A stretch of 51,829 bases of DNA, taken from the IMG/VR virus record IMGVR_UViG_3300027852_000047, positions 1 through 51,829 of that record. One strand, 5' to 3'. Each line of letters starts with the position of its first letter. Position 1 is the stretch's first letter. The position numbers and the translations under genes are program-made. The notes beneath the pieces were generated by a model. It was given only the letters and a program-made list of their open reading frames with translations. It was not told the origin of the DNA and did no database searches. Shown one piece after another: positions 18,293-28,688 of the stretch. This DNA is from a virus. Lineage: Duplodnaviria; Caudoviricetes.

Positions 18293-19687
18293 ATGGCAGA
18301 CACATTGACTAACTTGGGCGTAGTGGACACTGGCGTATCCGCCAACCAACCGCTGGCGTCCTCCACAGGCGAAGACCTTCTGTCTGGATTGATGGGGCAA
18401 GAGGCCCAGATCGCTGACCTATCCAACCGTAAGGACGCATCCGCACTAGATAAGTTGATGTCCAAACGCGGGCTGCTGGCTGCGCTATTGGCAGGCGGGG
18501 CAGCTGCGGCTGGATCCCCTGAAGCTGGGCTAGGCATCGCATCTGGTGCCATAGGTGGCGCACAGGATTCTGCGGCTGCGGAGAACGCAGCTGTGGATGA
18601 CACGGTGGAAGCATTGCAGTCTAAGCTCGACAAGATGCGCACAAGGCTCGTCCAGATCTACCAGACCGACCCACAGGCACTGCTGACCGCTAGCGGCGAA
18701 GACATAGTGGCCCCCACTACGCTTGGCAGACTGATGACTGGAATGGACCTGCCGGTCAGCCCAGCTGCTGCGCTGCAAAACAGGCGGCGCACCCAGATGG
18801 ACAATGATCGTATTGACTTCTGGTCTACTACCTACGAGCAGGCTGACACGCCAGAAGAAGCCACATTAGCGGCTAGGCACTTGGTAACGGCACTGGATCT
18901 CAACATTACCGATGCTGAGATCGAAACCATGGGCAACATGGATGAGTCCGGAGTAATCACTACACTGCTGGCTAACAACAACTTAGCATCTGAGTCAGTG
19001 CTGGACGCTGCACTGTATGCCAAGACTAACGGGCTCTCAATCCTGCATCCTGATGCCCTTAAGCTCATGGGAGCAGCGCCACCGTCGTCTCACGAGACAG
19101 CGTCGGCAGCCAAGTGGAATACCTTGGTGCGCCTGCGCAAGAAACTGGACAACTATGTGGCTGAGAATCCTGATTCTGCCGGGCAGCCGCTCAGTGAGCA
19201 GGCAGCGGCGGCATTCGAGGACAGCCCCGGGGATCTGGCCCTGTTCCAGCAAGAGTACATCACTACACGTGACGGCGAGTCATTCACTATGGAGATGGGA
19301 ATCGCGCTCACCCAAAACATCAGTGCCAAGCTGGCTGAGATAGCCGGGTATGTTGGTGAAGAGAAGCTCACTGAGATGCTTGGCGGACGCACTATGAACG
19401 AGTTCATCCAGCAGCACGTATCTACTACTATTGACTCAATTGTCCAAACAGCTAACATCCAACAGCAGCATACCTACGCAAAGCAGCGCCAGCGTGTACG
19501 TGCAGCCATTGAAGCGTCACTGGGCACAGAAGCTAATCCGGAGACTGTAACTACGTTCGTGCAGATTGAGTTCCGGCGTCTCCTCAGCGAGACGGGTGCC
19601 ACGCTTGGTGACCCCAGCACGTACGAGTGGGCCAAGATAGCCAAAGCTGTTGACTCTTACAAAGCGCCGACTAGGAAGGCCAAGTAA
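18293..19687 (+). CDS. Internal virion/ejection protein
   Basis: Helical, A-rich, with a hydrophobic G/A segment; probable ATG 18293. Confidence 0.6.
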   Translation: MADTLTNLGVVDTGVSANQPLASSTGEDLLSGLMGQEAQIADLSNRKDASALDKLMSKRGLLAALLAGGAAAAGSPEAGLGIASGAIGGAQDSAAAENAAVDDTVEALQSKLDKMRTRLVQIYQTDPQALLTASGEDIVAPTTLGRLMTGMDLPVSPAAALQNRRRTQMDNDRIDFWSTTYEQADTPEEATLAARHLVTALDLNITDAEIETMGNMDESGVITTLLANNNLASESVLDAALYAKTNGLSILHPDALKLMGAAPPSSHETASAAKWNTLVRLRKKLDNYVAENPDSAGQPLSEQAAAAFEDSPGDLALFQQEYITTRDGESFTMEMGIALTQNISAKLAEIAGYVGEEKLTEMLGGRTMNEFIQQHVSTTIDSIVQTANIQQQHTYAKQRQRVRAAIEASLGTEANPETVTTFVQIEFRRLLSETGATLGDPSTYEWAKIAKAVDSYKAPTRKAK

Positions 19688-22600
19688 TGCCCCAGCTCGA
19701 TGAGCAGACTGAAAGAGAAGCACTGGTACGTGAGCTGTACGGCGCAGGGTACAAGGACGCAGGAGCTACTGTGTTCGGCAAAGAAGCCAAACGCCCTGTG
19801 GTCACCGAGCTGGACGTATCCCCCACTGTTACCGCAGAGAACTCTGAGGTATATGAGGATGCTTACACCTTCCACGCAAACACTGACCACGAGCGCCCAT
19901 TTGAGGACGTAGTCGCAGACACGCTGCGTATGCAGGATGAGAAAGCCAACCATGACAGCGGATTCAGTCCTGCCAAGGTGGACCAGTTCGCGCGCAACCT
20001 CATTCAGCGTTCGGCGGAAACCGCTACCATGGTATCCAAGCGCCAGCGTGACTTCATGTCTGACGTAGGGGTAGCTGTGGCTGCGCTGTCTCCGCTGGCT
20101 GGCGGGCAGCAGGCGTTGTATGGGTTCATGTCAGGTGAGGGATGGGGCGCACTCAACCGCGTGTGGCCAACCGTCGTGATGGAGGACTCTGAGGGTGTTA
20201 AGCAGACCCGTGCGTCTGCAGCTTTGGGCCTAGAAATACTGCGTGATAGATTCACTGGCAAAGCAGAGGAAGCCCGCGAGAAGGCTGCTGCCGTGTTAGA
20301 CGCGTCTCACAGGGACTTCCGCTCCTATGTAGATGTGCTGGAGTCCAACGTAGCGGGCTACGGCCCAGTCAACCTTCTACCAGAAGAGGGCTTGACTGAC
20401 GAGGAGCGGGACGCAGCACGTATCAAGATAGGCACCATGCTCAATGAAGAAGGGCCCACCATTGGCAAGTTCGCTCTTGCTGCTGGCTGCGGAGTCATGG
20501 ATGTGTTCTGTGATCCGTTGCTGCTGGGAGACGGATTGCCAGTACGGATGGTCAATGCTGCGCGCAAAGGTATGCACCCCACGTCCAGAGCAGTAGCCGC
20601 GTCAAAGATAGCCAATCGCGTTGGTAGAGTCTGGGACCACACGGAGAACTTGAAGCATTCCAAGACCGAATTGGAAGCAGCCCAAATAGCGTTTGAGCGT
20701 AGCGGTACGCGAGAAAACGCGCTGCGACTGGGCGCAGCCAACTCTCGGTACGTGGAAGCCAAACATCTTGAGGCTATTGCGGTTATGGACGCAGGCCCCC
20801 ACGAAACTATCATCACCAACTTGAGGGTCAAGCCGGACAAGATCATTCCCAAGAACTACGTGGACGAGGTAGTGTCCTACTCTCCCACGCGCGGTGTCAG
20901 CCCGGAGTCCCGCAAAGCCACTATGTTGGATGACATTCAGTCCCAGATTGACGCTGCCAAGCTCAGTGGCAACGAGGACGCAGAGCGCGCTATGGATGCA
21001 TGGTCAAGGCGCTACAAAGAAGTGTCTGATATGGCACCGGAGGACGTACCTACTGGGCTCACGTCAGGTGGCGCACGTACCAAGTCCAGCATCAACGCAG
21101 AGATCAATGACGCACGCAGAGCTGCCCTTGGGCGCGAATATCAGCCCATTTATGACTGGACTGACCCCTCGATTGACCCGAACCAGCTGGAAATGCGCAC
21201 ATTCTTTGGTCCGGATATGGCTGAAGAGTACTCAGAAGCCTTGCGTATGATCGTAGCTGGAGCCGACCCTGACGACGTGCTGGTCAAGGGGATCGCCACA
21301 CCAGAATACATGGCAGCTATAGAGGCACGCCCGCGCGCGGTTACTCCTGACGGCAAGATCGACATGGCCAAGATCAATGAGTTCAACGACTTGACTCCAG
21401 ACATGGCTGACATGACCCGCAGAGGCATGAAGCTGTCCGCAGGTGACGTGCGCTTTGATATGCGGTGGTTGCCGGATGTACCAAAGAAGAACCCGCTGAC
21501 CGATCCGGATACGTATGATAAGCTCTGGAAGACTATGTCCGACAGGGTAGCTCCTGGCTTGTACCCGTTGTCTACTGTGGTGCGTCCGCCTGCAATGGTT
21601 CGTGCCAGTGCGAATCTGTTGTTTAGAGAGCCATTGCGTGTATTGGACACTGAAGTCCCCGGTGCGTGGAAGCGGGTGCGCAATGCGCTGCGCGAGGTGG
21701 ACTTTGAGAGGGACCGCATGATTGGCCGGTTCCAGCGGTTGCTTAAGGACGCAGGCGCATTGTCGAATAATGGTAAAACTGTTAACGAAAAAATGAATGA
21801 AAAACTTTTTGACATACTCAACACACCTGCTGACGCACCAGAATTCGCAGCACTCATGGAAGCGGCCTCCCCAGAGATGCGTACAGCTGCTAGGCAGATA
21901 CGCGGTACGTTAGAGTTTATGGCCGAAAAGCAGGGGTTGGCAGGCACTGCGGACCATATCACTGGGTACATTCCCCATGTGATATCGCCCAAAATGTTTG
22001 CTGGTGGAGCGTTTCCACCTGATATGCACGGCATATCCCCTAAATCCAAATTGTTTATACAACATTTGATACCAAGATCAGGAGCGGATGTTGTATATCC
22101 TAGAGATGCGGCATCTGCACTTGACATTATGGCTAGAGGTGCATCCCGTAAGCTACACTTAGAACCAGCATTGGACACGTTACTCACAGAAGCAAAAGGT
22201 AAGCCCGGATGGTATCGCTCCTACACTAATATGTTAGTAGCCAATCTCAAGGGCCAGCCGTCCACACTTGGTAAAATGCTGGACCACACCATCGGCACCA
22301 TTGCAGCCGCAGCCACTCCAGCCAAAGTGCCCACTAAAGGGTTGACCGGAATGGATTTATCTCTTGCTGAGGCGCATAATGTGATGCGCAAGCTAAGACC
22401 CAATTACAAACCGGGAGCAGCAGGCCGTGCTAACATGGCGATTGTGTCTGCGGCCTACTCATCCGCCCTCACAGGCAACGCACGTTACCCGTGGATGGCA
22501 ATCGGTACCGGCATAGCCACCACCAGCTCATCTTACGGAGCCCTGCGCACGCAAAGGGCCCTATTCGCCATGGGTACTGCCGAAGGGCAGCTTGCTGCCA

Positions 22601-23757
22601 AGGCTGCAGGCATTGAACGCCAGTGGGCTGAGATTTTGGAGTCTCCGCTGTCGTCCAACTTCGCTACGTGGGCATCCAGAGCCCGCGTGTTTGGGCCCTC
22701 CATTATGGATACGGAGTACATGATTCGGGGACTATCTCACCTTGCGGCTGCAGATGACTTGATGACCCGTATGGGAATCAAAACGTGGGATGAAGCACTC
22801 GAAATGGGAAGCCAACGTACCATTATGGCCGAGGCAGCACGTGTAGCAGAAGAAACTAACCACTTCTTTGGCGTGGCTGGCAAGCCCCCTATTTTCGGAC
22901 GTACATCCAAGTCTGGAGCTGCTGCAGCTACCCAGTTCCTGTCCTTCATACCCAAGCAAACTGAAGAACTGGCTGCCCAAGCCATGCGCAACCCCGGCTA
23001 CATCGGGCGCTATCTGATGATGTCCGGCTGGATCCAACGCGCTTCCGCAGAGCAGCTTGGTATTGACATGGGCCAGTACGTGGGGTTTGGGTACATGCCG
23101 TCTGAGGCTGGCGAAACCACCTCTATTGCAGTGGACGTGGCTGTAGCAGGCATGTCCATGATGAATGAGATGAACAAATCTTTAGTTGGCAAGGGAGATT
23201 TGGTAAAGACTGAAGCGGCTATCGCTGACTGGATTGAAGCGCAGGGCCTGCTAGTCCCAGCCATGCAAGCTGGGCAACAGATATGGCGACGAGCCGTGCA
23301 ATCCGGTACAGGGGAGGTGCGTGATTCACGTGGGCTACGCCGTAACATGGATATTGGCGACTTCGACCCATCAGACCCCAGCACCTATCTCAGTAGCTTC
23401 GGGGATGATCCCGCCAAGCCCACCGAAATGTTCTCTATCATCTCGCAGGTAGAGTCCGTTCAGCACAAGCTGGAACGAGAAAACAACGCCCGCATGCGCC
23501 AAGTCCTCAAGGACGAAGCCTATGCCACCCATCGCCTGTCCATGGCACTAACACGTGCAGTAGACGACGGCAACATGGCTGAGGTACAGACGCGTATACA
23601 GGAGCTGGCTGAGGCAGGCTTTAAGATACCTGATATTGGGTCACTGATGGAAGCCAAGATGGTTGCGGATGCCCTCGAACGAAACCTGCGCATACAGATT
23701 GAAAACCCTGAACTTACAATCCCGTTCGCAGAAGCAATGCGCGAACTGAAGGAGTAG
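19687..23757 (+). CDS. Large internal virion/ejection protein (1356 aa)
   Basis: Largest ORF, last structural gene; YIPH and TQFLSF motifs seen in large podovirus ejection proteins. Confidence 0.65.
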   Translation: MPQLDEQTEREALVRELYGAGYKDAGATVFGKEAKRPVVTELDVSPTVTAENSEVYEDAYTFHANTDHERPFEDVVADTLRMQDEKANHDSGFSPAKVDQFARNLIQRSAETATMVSKRQRDFMSDVGVAVAALSPLAGGQQALYGFMSGEGWGALNRVWPTVVMEDSEGVKQTRASAALGLEILRDRFTGKAEEAREKAAAVLDASHRDFRSYVDVLESNVAGYGPVNLLPEEGLTDEERDAARIKIGTMLNEEGPTIGKFALAAGCGVMDVFCDPLLLGDGLPVRMVNAARKGMHPTSRAVAASKIANRVGRVWDHTENLKHSKTELEAAQIAFERSGTRENALRLGAANSRYVEAKHLEAIAVMDAGPHETIITNLRVKPDKIIPKNYVDEVVSYSPTRGVSPESRKATMLDDIQSQIDAAKLSGNEDAERAMDAWSRRYKEVSDMAPEDVPTGLTSGGARTKSSINAEINDARRAALGREYQPIYDWTDPSIDPNQLEMRTFFGPDMAEEYSEALRMIVAGADPDDVLVKGIATPEYMAAIEARPRAVTPDGKIDMAKINEFNDLTPDMADMTRRGMKLSAGDVRFDMRWLPDVPKKNPLTDPDTYDKLWKTMSDRVAPGLYPLSTVVRPPAMVRASANLLFREPLRVLDTEVPGAWKRVRNALREVDFERDRMIGRFQRLLKDAGALSNNGKTVNEKMNEKLFDILNTPADAPEFAALMEAASPEMRTAARQIRGTLEFMAEKQGLAGTADHITGYIPHVISPKMFAGGAFPPDMHGISPKSKLFIQHLIPRSGADVVYPRDAASALDIMARGASRKLHLEPALDTLLTEAKGKPGWYRSYTNMLVANLKGQPSTLGKMLDHTIGTIAAAATPAKVPTKGLTGMDLSLAEAHNVMRKLRPNYKPGAAGRANMAIVSAAYSSALTGNARYPWMAIGTGIATTSSSYGALRTQRALFAMGTAEGQLAAKAAGIERQWAEILESPLSSNFATWASRARVFGPSIMDTEYMIRGLSHLAAADDLMTRMGIKTWDEALEMGSQRTIMAEAARVAEETNHFFGVAGKPPIFGRTSKSGAAAATQFLSFIPKQTEELAAQAMRNPGYIGRYLMMSGWIQRASAEQLGIDMGQYVGFGYMPSEAGETTSIAVDVAVAGMSMMNEMNKSLVGKGDLVKTEAAIADWIEAQGLLVPAMQAGQQIWRRAVQSGTGEVRDSRGLRRNMDIGDFDPSDPSTYLSSFGDDPAKPTEMFSIISQVESVQHKLERENNARMRQVLKDEAYATHRLSMALTRAVDDGNMAEVQTRIQELAEAGFKIPDIGSLMEAKMVADALERNLRIQIENPELTIPFAEAMRELKE

Positions 23758-23758
23758 C

Positions 23759-23860
23759 ATGTTGAAGAAGCCGCGCCTTACTTTCTGCATCTTAGGGGTT
23801 TTGTTGGGTCTCGTAAAGATAGCCACTGCTGTGGCTGGGGGTCTGGCGTTTGGAGTATAA
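23759..23860 (+). CDS. 33-aa membrane peptide (lysis module)
   Basis: MLKKPRLTFCILGVLLGLVKIATAVAGGLAFGV; AGGAG RBS; below the ORF-track cutoff. Confidence 0.4.
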   Translation: MLKKPRLTFCILGVLLGLVKIATAVAGGLAFGV

Positions 23861-24002
23861 TAACATAGCGGATGGAATACTGGGGCTGGGTATCATTATA
23901 TACAGCTTGGTGCAGTACGTGACCAATAAGAACTTGGGGGAGCGAGTGACTAGGTTGGAAGCCACGCTCAAAACCTACATGGAGTTGAAGAAGGGGGAGT
24001 AA
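23850..24002 (+). CDS. 50-aa single-TM holin-like protein
   Basis: TTG start; GILGLGIIIYSLVQYV followed by ERVTRLEA coiled coil; TAATG overlap with the endolysin. Confidence 0.5.
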   Translation: MEYNNIADGILGLGIIIYSLVQYVTNKNLGERVTRLEATLKTYMELKKGE

Positions 24003-24448
24003 TGCTTAAGCCAGACAAGATAGTCATCCACCACAGTCTAACCAAGGACAGTGGCACGGTATCGTGGATTGCCATCGACTACTATCACACGCACATACGT
24101 GGATGGCGCGACATTGGCTACCACGCTGGCATAGAACAGGTGGGGGAGGCGTTCCTGTGCATGGCTGGACGCCCTATTCACGAGTACGGTGCGCATGTAT
24201 TTAGTCACAACGCACACACACTTGGGTTCTGCTTCGTCGGCAACTTTGACAAACGCAAACCCAGCAATGAACTGTTGCACACAGCAGCACGCAGGGTGCT
24301 GGTGCCTTGGCTACTTCAGTTTGGACTGGAGCCAAAGGATCTAGTGCCGCACAGTGATTACGCAGATAAGACGTGCCCCGGCACGCAGTTCGACATCAAA
24401 GCCCTACGTAGGGCATGTAACTTGGAGCTACTCGACGTTAGGATGTAA
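24002..24448 (+). CDS. Endolysin, N-acetylmuramoyl-L-alanine amidase (Amidase_2/T7 lysozyme type)
   Basis: IVIHHS, GWRDIGYH, GAH, GFCFVGNFD, H...KTCPG Zn motifs. Confidence 0.92.
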   Translation: MLKPDKIVIHHSLTKDSGTVSWIAIDYYHTHIRGWRDIGYHAGIEQVGEAFLCMAGRPIHEYGAHVFSHNAHTLGFCFVGNFDKRKPSNELLHTAARRVLVPWLLQFGLEPKDLVPHSDYADKTCPGTQFDIKALRRACNLELLDVRM

Positions 24449-24449
24449 C

Positions 24450-24641
24450 ATGTGGAATCAGATTTCGGCTAGAATGTTCTCACAAAAGGGCCTGATGCTC
24501 ATTGGGTTCGGCTGTATGATTGTGTTCGCCATGCCCGAAGCCAACAAAGCCGACCTGTTGAAAGCACTCATGGGCTACGGATTCGTGGCCAACGTGGGCG
24601 TCAAGGTTGTGCATGCCATCAACGGGAAGCTGGCCAAATGA
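24450..24641 (+). CDS. Putative holin (2 TM)
   Basis: MWNQISARMFSQKGLMLIGFGCMIVF...; follows the endolysin. Confidence 0.55.
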   Translation: MWNQISARMFSQKGLMLIGFGCMIVFAMPEANKADLLKALMGYGFVANVGVKVVHAINGKLAK

Positions 24642-24925
24642 AGAAATGGGTGCGCCAGATAGGTGCAGCATTGCTGCTGCTGGCCATGGTTGTACTATTC
24701 AATCGACGCCCAGCTACAGAAAAAGAGAGGGAAGTCCGTGAGCAGGAGATACTCAACGACAGGCTCGAAACACTCAAGAAGCAAGAACGCCAGCATGTCA
24801 AAGGGCTACTCACTGCGGAAGCTGCCAAGGTTCTTGCAGCCAAGCACAAGGTGGCTGCCCGCCCTCGTACTGACGATCCTGTTGCTGACCTTCGTGCCCG
24901 CATGGACACAAGAGGCGGAGCCTGA
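24638..24925 (+). CDS. Putative i-spanin-like protein
   Basis: N-terminal TM segment plus coiled coil; overlapped by the next ORF. Confidence 0.5.
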   Translation: MKKWVRQIGAALLLLAMVVLFNRRPATEKEREVREQEILNDRLETLKKQERQHVKGLLTAEAAKVLAAKHKVAARPRTDDPVADLRARMDTRGGA

Positions 24926-25223
24926 GACAGTACTGGTGCCCACAGCCTTGTTGCGCCAAGCCACAGCTGAGCGTGACAGTGTGGACCTACTGGTGATCGC
25001 CCAAGGTGCTAAGCTGGATACGTGGCAGGAACGCTGGGACTCCAGAGAAGCCTATTGGCTAGAGCACGACAGAATCAAGGACGACACGCACAGCTACATA
25101 CTGGGCCTATACAAAGCCAACGACCCCGGCTGGTTCAAACGTAACATCTGGACCCGTGAGGTGGTGTTCGTTGCTGGAGTGGTTGTGGGGGCCTACGCTG
25201 TAGATTATGTTGCAACACAATAA
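24795..25223 (+). CDS. Putative spanin partner (signal-like segment, coiled coil, C-terminal TM); start uncertain
   Basis: WLPALVLTILLLTFVPAWTQ and VVFVAGVVVGAYAV; overlaps the previous ORF in another frame. Confidence 0.5.
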   Translation: MSKGYSLRKLPRFLQPSTRWLPALVLTILLLTFVPAWTQEAEPETVLVPTALLRQATAERDSVDLLVIAQGAKLDTWQERWDSREAYWLEHDRIKDDTHSYILGLYKANDPGWFKRNIWTREVVFVAGVVVGAYAVDYVATQ

Positions 25224-25304
25224 CTGAGAACTAACTGACGCAGCATCAGTCACTTAGTCGAAGTTGTGACACGAAACACTAACAAGCACACAACATAATA
25301 AACT

Positions 25305-25337
25305 AAAAAGGGCCCCGCGCCATAAGGTACGGGGCCC
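25305..25337 (-). terminator. Intrinsic terminator between the convergent arms
   Basis: Minus strand reads GGGCCCCGTACC-TTAT-GGCGCGGGGCCC-TTTTT. Confidence 0.8.
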
Positions 25338-25345
25338 AATTTGTG

Positions 25346-25609
25346 TTATGATTCTATGTACGTGCCCATGTGCGTGCGCAGGTCTACTGCATCGTGCACT
25401 GGTTTCCCGGGTAGACAGCCTGCACGTCGGTGCGCCTCAAGCTCAGCCTCCAAGTATATGTCCCTCTCAATCTCCCAATAAGGGTCACGACCTGTTTTGG
25501 CTGCAACCCTCATCCTCATCGTGGTTAAGTCTATCTCCGCTAGGAAACGCACTAGCCACCTCTCCAGAATATCCCTTACATCATGCCATATCACCAGAAC
25601 CTCCACCAC
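25346..25609 (-). CDS. Hypothetical protein
   Basis: Last ORF of the minus-strand operon, ending at the terminator. Confidence 0.5.
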   Translation of the reverse strand: MVEVLVIWHDVRDILERWLVRFLAEIDLTTMRMRVAAKTGRDPYWEIERDIYLEAELEAHRRAGCLPGKPVHDAVDLRTHMGTYIES

Positions 25610-25797
25610 GGCTTCTTAACCCTAGGCAACACATTCCTACGCGCCATCCGCTGCACTGCAGTGAATGAGTCGATCTGGAGCACGTGCCTAGTGTAGTCCT
25701 TCTTCAGGCGTCTGTACGCCAGCCGCTGCCCCAAGCCCAGCTCCTCAGCGTAGAACACTGAGATGTGGTGGAGTTCTTTGGCTACTATTCTTCGCAC
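25591..25797 (-). CDS. Hypothetical basic protein
   Basis: Ends in the KKPWWRFW motif; operon packing. Confidence 0.55.
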   Translation of the reverse strand: MRRIVAKELHHISVFYAEELGLGQRLAYRRLKKDYTRHVLQIDSFTAVQRMARRNVLPRVKKPWWRFW

Positions 25798-25854
25798 ATC
25801 ACACCTTCCCTACCCACACTGCCAGCACCAGAGTCAGTGCCACCAGCCCTATAT

Positions 25855-26223
25855 TCACTGCGGCCCATCCGAAGTGATGTAGATATCGTCTTCGTGGCAG
25901 ATTTCGATATGACCTGTCTCGCCATCCGGCAACGGCACATCGAATGTAACGCCCCCATATTTGGTGAACCAGATACGGTCGCCCACCTTGACTATAGTTG
26001 TCTTCTCCCCCACAGACACCACTGTGCCTGAGTTGAACTTCGGCTTGGATTCCTCCGGTAGGAGAATGCGGCCTATCTTTTCCGGTGCCGGATCTCGATG
26101 GAATGCGATGCGCTGTCCGCGTATCTGCAGTTTTGCAGCAATCATTGACGCTGCTACATATTGGGCACGTTCGTTGACCCACGTTACTGGCTCCATTGCG
26201 TTCCAATCTTTTAAATATACCAT
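25855..26223 (-). CDS. groES: Co-chaperonin GroES/Cpn10
   Basis: GRILLPEESK, GTVVSVG, VKVGDRIWFTKYGG, HEDDI. Confidence 0.88.
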   Translation of the reverse strand: MVYLKDWNAMEPVTWVNERAQYVAASMIAAKLQIRGQRIAFHRDPAPEKIGRILLPEESKPKFNSGTVVSVGEKTTIVKVGDRIWFTKYGGVTFDVPLPDGETGHIEICHEDDIYITSDGPQ

Positions 26224-26280
26224 AGTTGGGCTCCCACTCTTCCCAGTACTTTCGCATGTACCATGTTGGAAAGGTGGTGT

Positions 26281-26898
26281 CTAGCTTTGTGACCATTTCG
26301 CCTTCCACTCTTTGTGTGGCATCACCACTGGCATGGTCGTGGTGGTCAGGTTAATTGTTTGGGTCTTGGCGCACAGTGAATGCGCCCATGCGTCTGCCAC
26401 AGCTTCCAAGGGCCCATCGGTATCCAGCCCGTCCCAGCTTTTGTCAACTGGGGAAGCCTTCACAATAGCACCCTTGTCAGCACTGCCGTCCCCTGTGGCG
26501 GCTTTTTTCGTGCTGGAAGGTATGGCTTCGGTCAGGTGCATCTCGTCCAGAAACGGTGCCACGATCATGGCTAGCCCAGTCTCTATGGAGTTGTACAGGC
26601 GTATCTGTATCAGGAACGTAGTCACGCTACTGAAGCGGTTATTCCTGTTGAATATAGGTTGCTCGATGCATACCTCAAGCCTAGAGATACCAAAGTAGCT
26701 GCACCATTCATTGACCTTGTCACATACTGCATCCGCCAGAGCCGTGGCACGCACGAACCCGGGCAACTTGGTGCTGTGTTCTTGGAACGTAGCGAACGCC
26801 ATCACCTCGTCTTTGTGGTCACTCCTCCGGAGCACCAGCCCCGTTTCACCGAAGCCCGGGTCCACACCCAGTGACCATAGTGTCTGCGATGGTTTCAT
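26281..26898 (-). CDS. ruvC: RuvC-like Holliday junction resolvase
   Basis: LGVDPG..TG, VCIE, PSSTKKAATGDGSADK, ADA. Confidence 0.85.
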   Translation of the reverse strand: MKPSQTLWSLGVDPGFGETGLVLRRSDHKDEVMAFATFQEHSTKLPGFVRATALADAVCDKVNEWCSYFGISRLEVCIEQPIFNRNNRFSSVTTFLIQIRLYNSIETGLAMIVAPFLDEMHLTEAIPSSTKKAATGDGSADKGAIVKASPVDKSWDGLDTDGPLEAVADAWAHSLCAKTQTINLTTTTMPVVMPHKEWKAKWSQS

Positions 26899-28147
26899 GT
26901 TGTTCCTCAGAATCGTGTATGTACATTCTATCTAGGTCACTATGCACGTACACCATGCCGCGTTCGGTACTCTCGCGCTGCTTGATGTCGGATAGTCTCA
27001 TGATTTTGTTGGCCAGTTCCTCTGGAGATTGGTTGAGGCCGATGGCGATGTCGGTGTGCATGAGTACCTCGAAGCATTCAGCAATGTGGCTGCCCTTGAT
27101 GGTGTGGACCTCACTGCCTGCACGGTTGATTTGCCATGCCGACAGCACCCGCAGGTCCAGCTCATTGGCCAGCTGGCGCATCTCCTTGGCTACTGCGCCC
27201 ATACCGAAGCGTTCTTGGGTGTGGCGCGTCTTGGTACCGGGTGCCATCAACGCCAGATAATCCAGCATCAGGTAGTCAACTGGCATGCCCTGTGAGCGCA
27301 TGCGTAGCACCATGCTGCGTATGTCATGTACAGTAGGGGACCGATGGGACAAGTCTGCTATCCATAGATTCCCGGCCACCTTGGCCCGCTCCTTGAGCAC
27401 AGTGTTGGGATTCTGGAGCCACTCATCGCTGGTGAAGTGCGTCAAACACTGGTCTACGCGCCGCAAACACTTCTCTTTGGATATCTCTAGCGACACAGCT
27501 AGGACGTTGCATCCGTCCTGCGCTGCAGCAATCGTAGACTGCCACAAATAAGAAGTTTTGCCCCTATTATAAGGTGCAAGGTAAAGGCACAACTCCCCAC
27601 TACCAATGCCGCCAGACAGCTTAGTATCCAGCTCAGCTGATATACCAAGAGACTGAACCATTGGACGAACGAAGTCGGCATCAGGCGCTGGGGCGCTAGA
27701 GATGTCGAGTACATCGAGTTCCACCGCAGAGGCGGCTGCCACTGCTCTCTCAAGCAACTCCGCAGGAGCCGTGGGCTCAAACCGATCCGTGTCAACATAT
27801 GTTCCAATGTATTGCCCAGCCTGTAACGCAAGCTGGCGCGATACGAAGGTGCGGATGGAGGGGCGGAGGAGCTTTGGGTCAAGGGCGTCATAGTCTGATA
27901 TCTCCTCCACGATATGAATGAGTTCATCACGCCTGTCGCCATCTCTGTAAGTAGCTGCAATGTCAGCAGCTAACACCGCCACCTCTACATCACCAGACCT
28001 GTACATATCGTGTAAGCGCAGGATGTGGGTGTACAGGACTCTGGCGTTGGTGTTGGTGAATACATCTTCGGTTACGATGTCACGAAATGCTGCCCAGCTG
28101 TCTCGACGCATCAAAGAGCGCAGTACTATGGCAAGTATTTCATCCAT
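26846..28147 (-). CDS. dnaB: DnaB-like (SF4) replicative helicase
   Basis: Walker A APYNRGKT, SLE, LMLDY, WQINR motifs. Confidence 0.88.
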   Translation of the reverse strand: MDEILAIVLRSLMRRDSWAAFRDIVTEDVFTNTNARVLYTHILRLHDMYRSGDVEVAVLAADIAATYRDGDRRDELIHIVEEISDYDALDPKLLRPSIRTFVSRQLALQAGQYIGTYVDTDRFEPTAPAELLERAVAAASAVELDVLDISSAPAPDADFVRPMVQSLGISAELDTKLSGGIGSGELCLYLAPYNRGKTSYLWQSTIAAAQDGCNVLAVSLEISKEKCLRRVDQCLTHFTSDEWLQNPNTVLKERAKVAGNLWIADLSHRSPTVHDIRSMVLRMRSQGMPVDYLMLDYLALMAPGTKTRHTQERFGMGAVAKEMRQLANELDLRVLSAWQINRAGSEVHTIKGSHIAECFEVLMHTDIAIGLNQSPEELANKIMRLSDIKQRESTERGMVYVHSDLDRMYIHDSEEQHETIADTMVTGCGPGLR

Positions 28148-28688
28148 CGACTACGCCAGCTTTCTCCAGTGCCCTACACACGTCGGCGCACATCACCTTC
28201 GCGTACCCATGGGCACCAGCCCACGGTATGTTGAATTCTGCGCTGTCCAAAGCAGTCTCAGATACGTCATCATCATGTGGCGATGGGCCGTTCGGGTCAC
28301 CGAACTTAGCCAACCGCACCGTCACCGCACCATACGCTTCCAACATAGCAAGCTCATTGGGGAATCTTACATCATCTACCACAACCACCGTGTCAGCTCC
28401 AGTGCGTGCATCTGCCCACGATATGTCTTCCAGCTTGCGCTGGACCTTACGTACCCAGTAGTCCGGGTCGTAGTGACGCATGGCTTGGCCGTACACCTGC
28501 ATAAGCTGGCGTACGACAGCAGGCTTAGTAACCTCTACATCCTCACGTGGGATACCCATCGCAATGATGGCGTCCTTGAGCGGGGTGGCGAAGTGAATGA
28601 GGCGGACCCTAGCGTCCTTGCTCTGTATGTGCTTGGCCAGCGTGGTCTTACCGCTGCCCATCTTGCCACTAATAGCAACTATCTTCAC
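28140..28688 (-). CDS. Deoxynucleoside monophosphate kinase
   Basis: ISGKMGSGKTT, FATPLK, RQLMQ.YG, DDVRFPNE, SE. Confidence 0.88.
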   Translation of the reverse strand: MKIVAISGKMGSGKTTLAKHIQSKDARVRLIHFATPLKDAIIAMGIPREDVEVTKPAVVRQLMQVYGQAMRHYDPDYWVRKVQRKLEDISWADARTGADTVVVVDDVRFPNELAMLEAYGAVTVRLAKFGDPNGPSPHDDDVSETALDSAEFNIPWAGAHGYAKVMCADVCRALEKAGVVDG

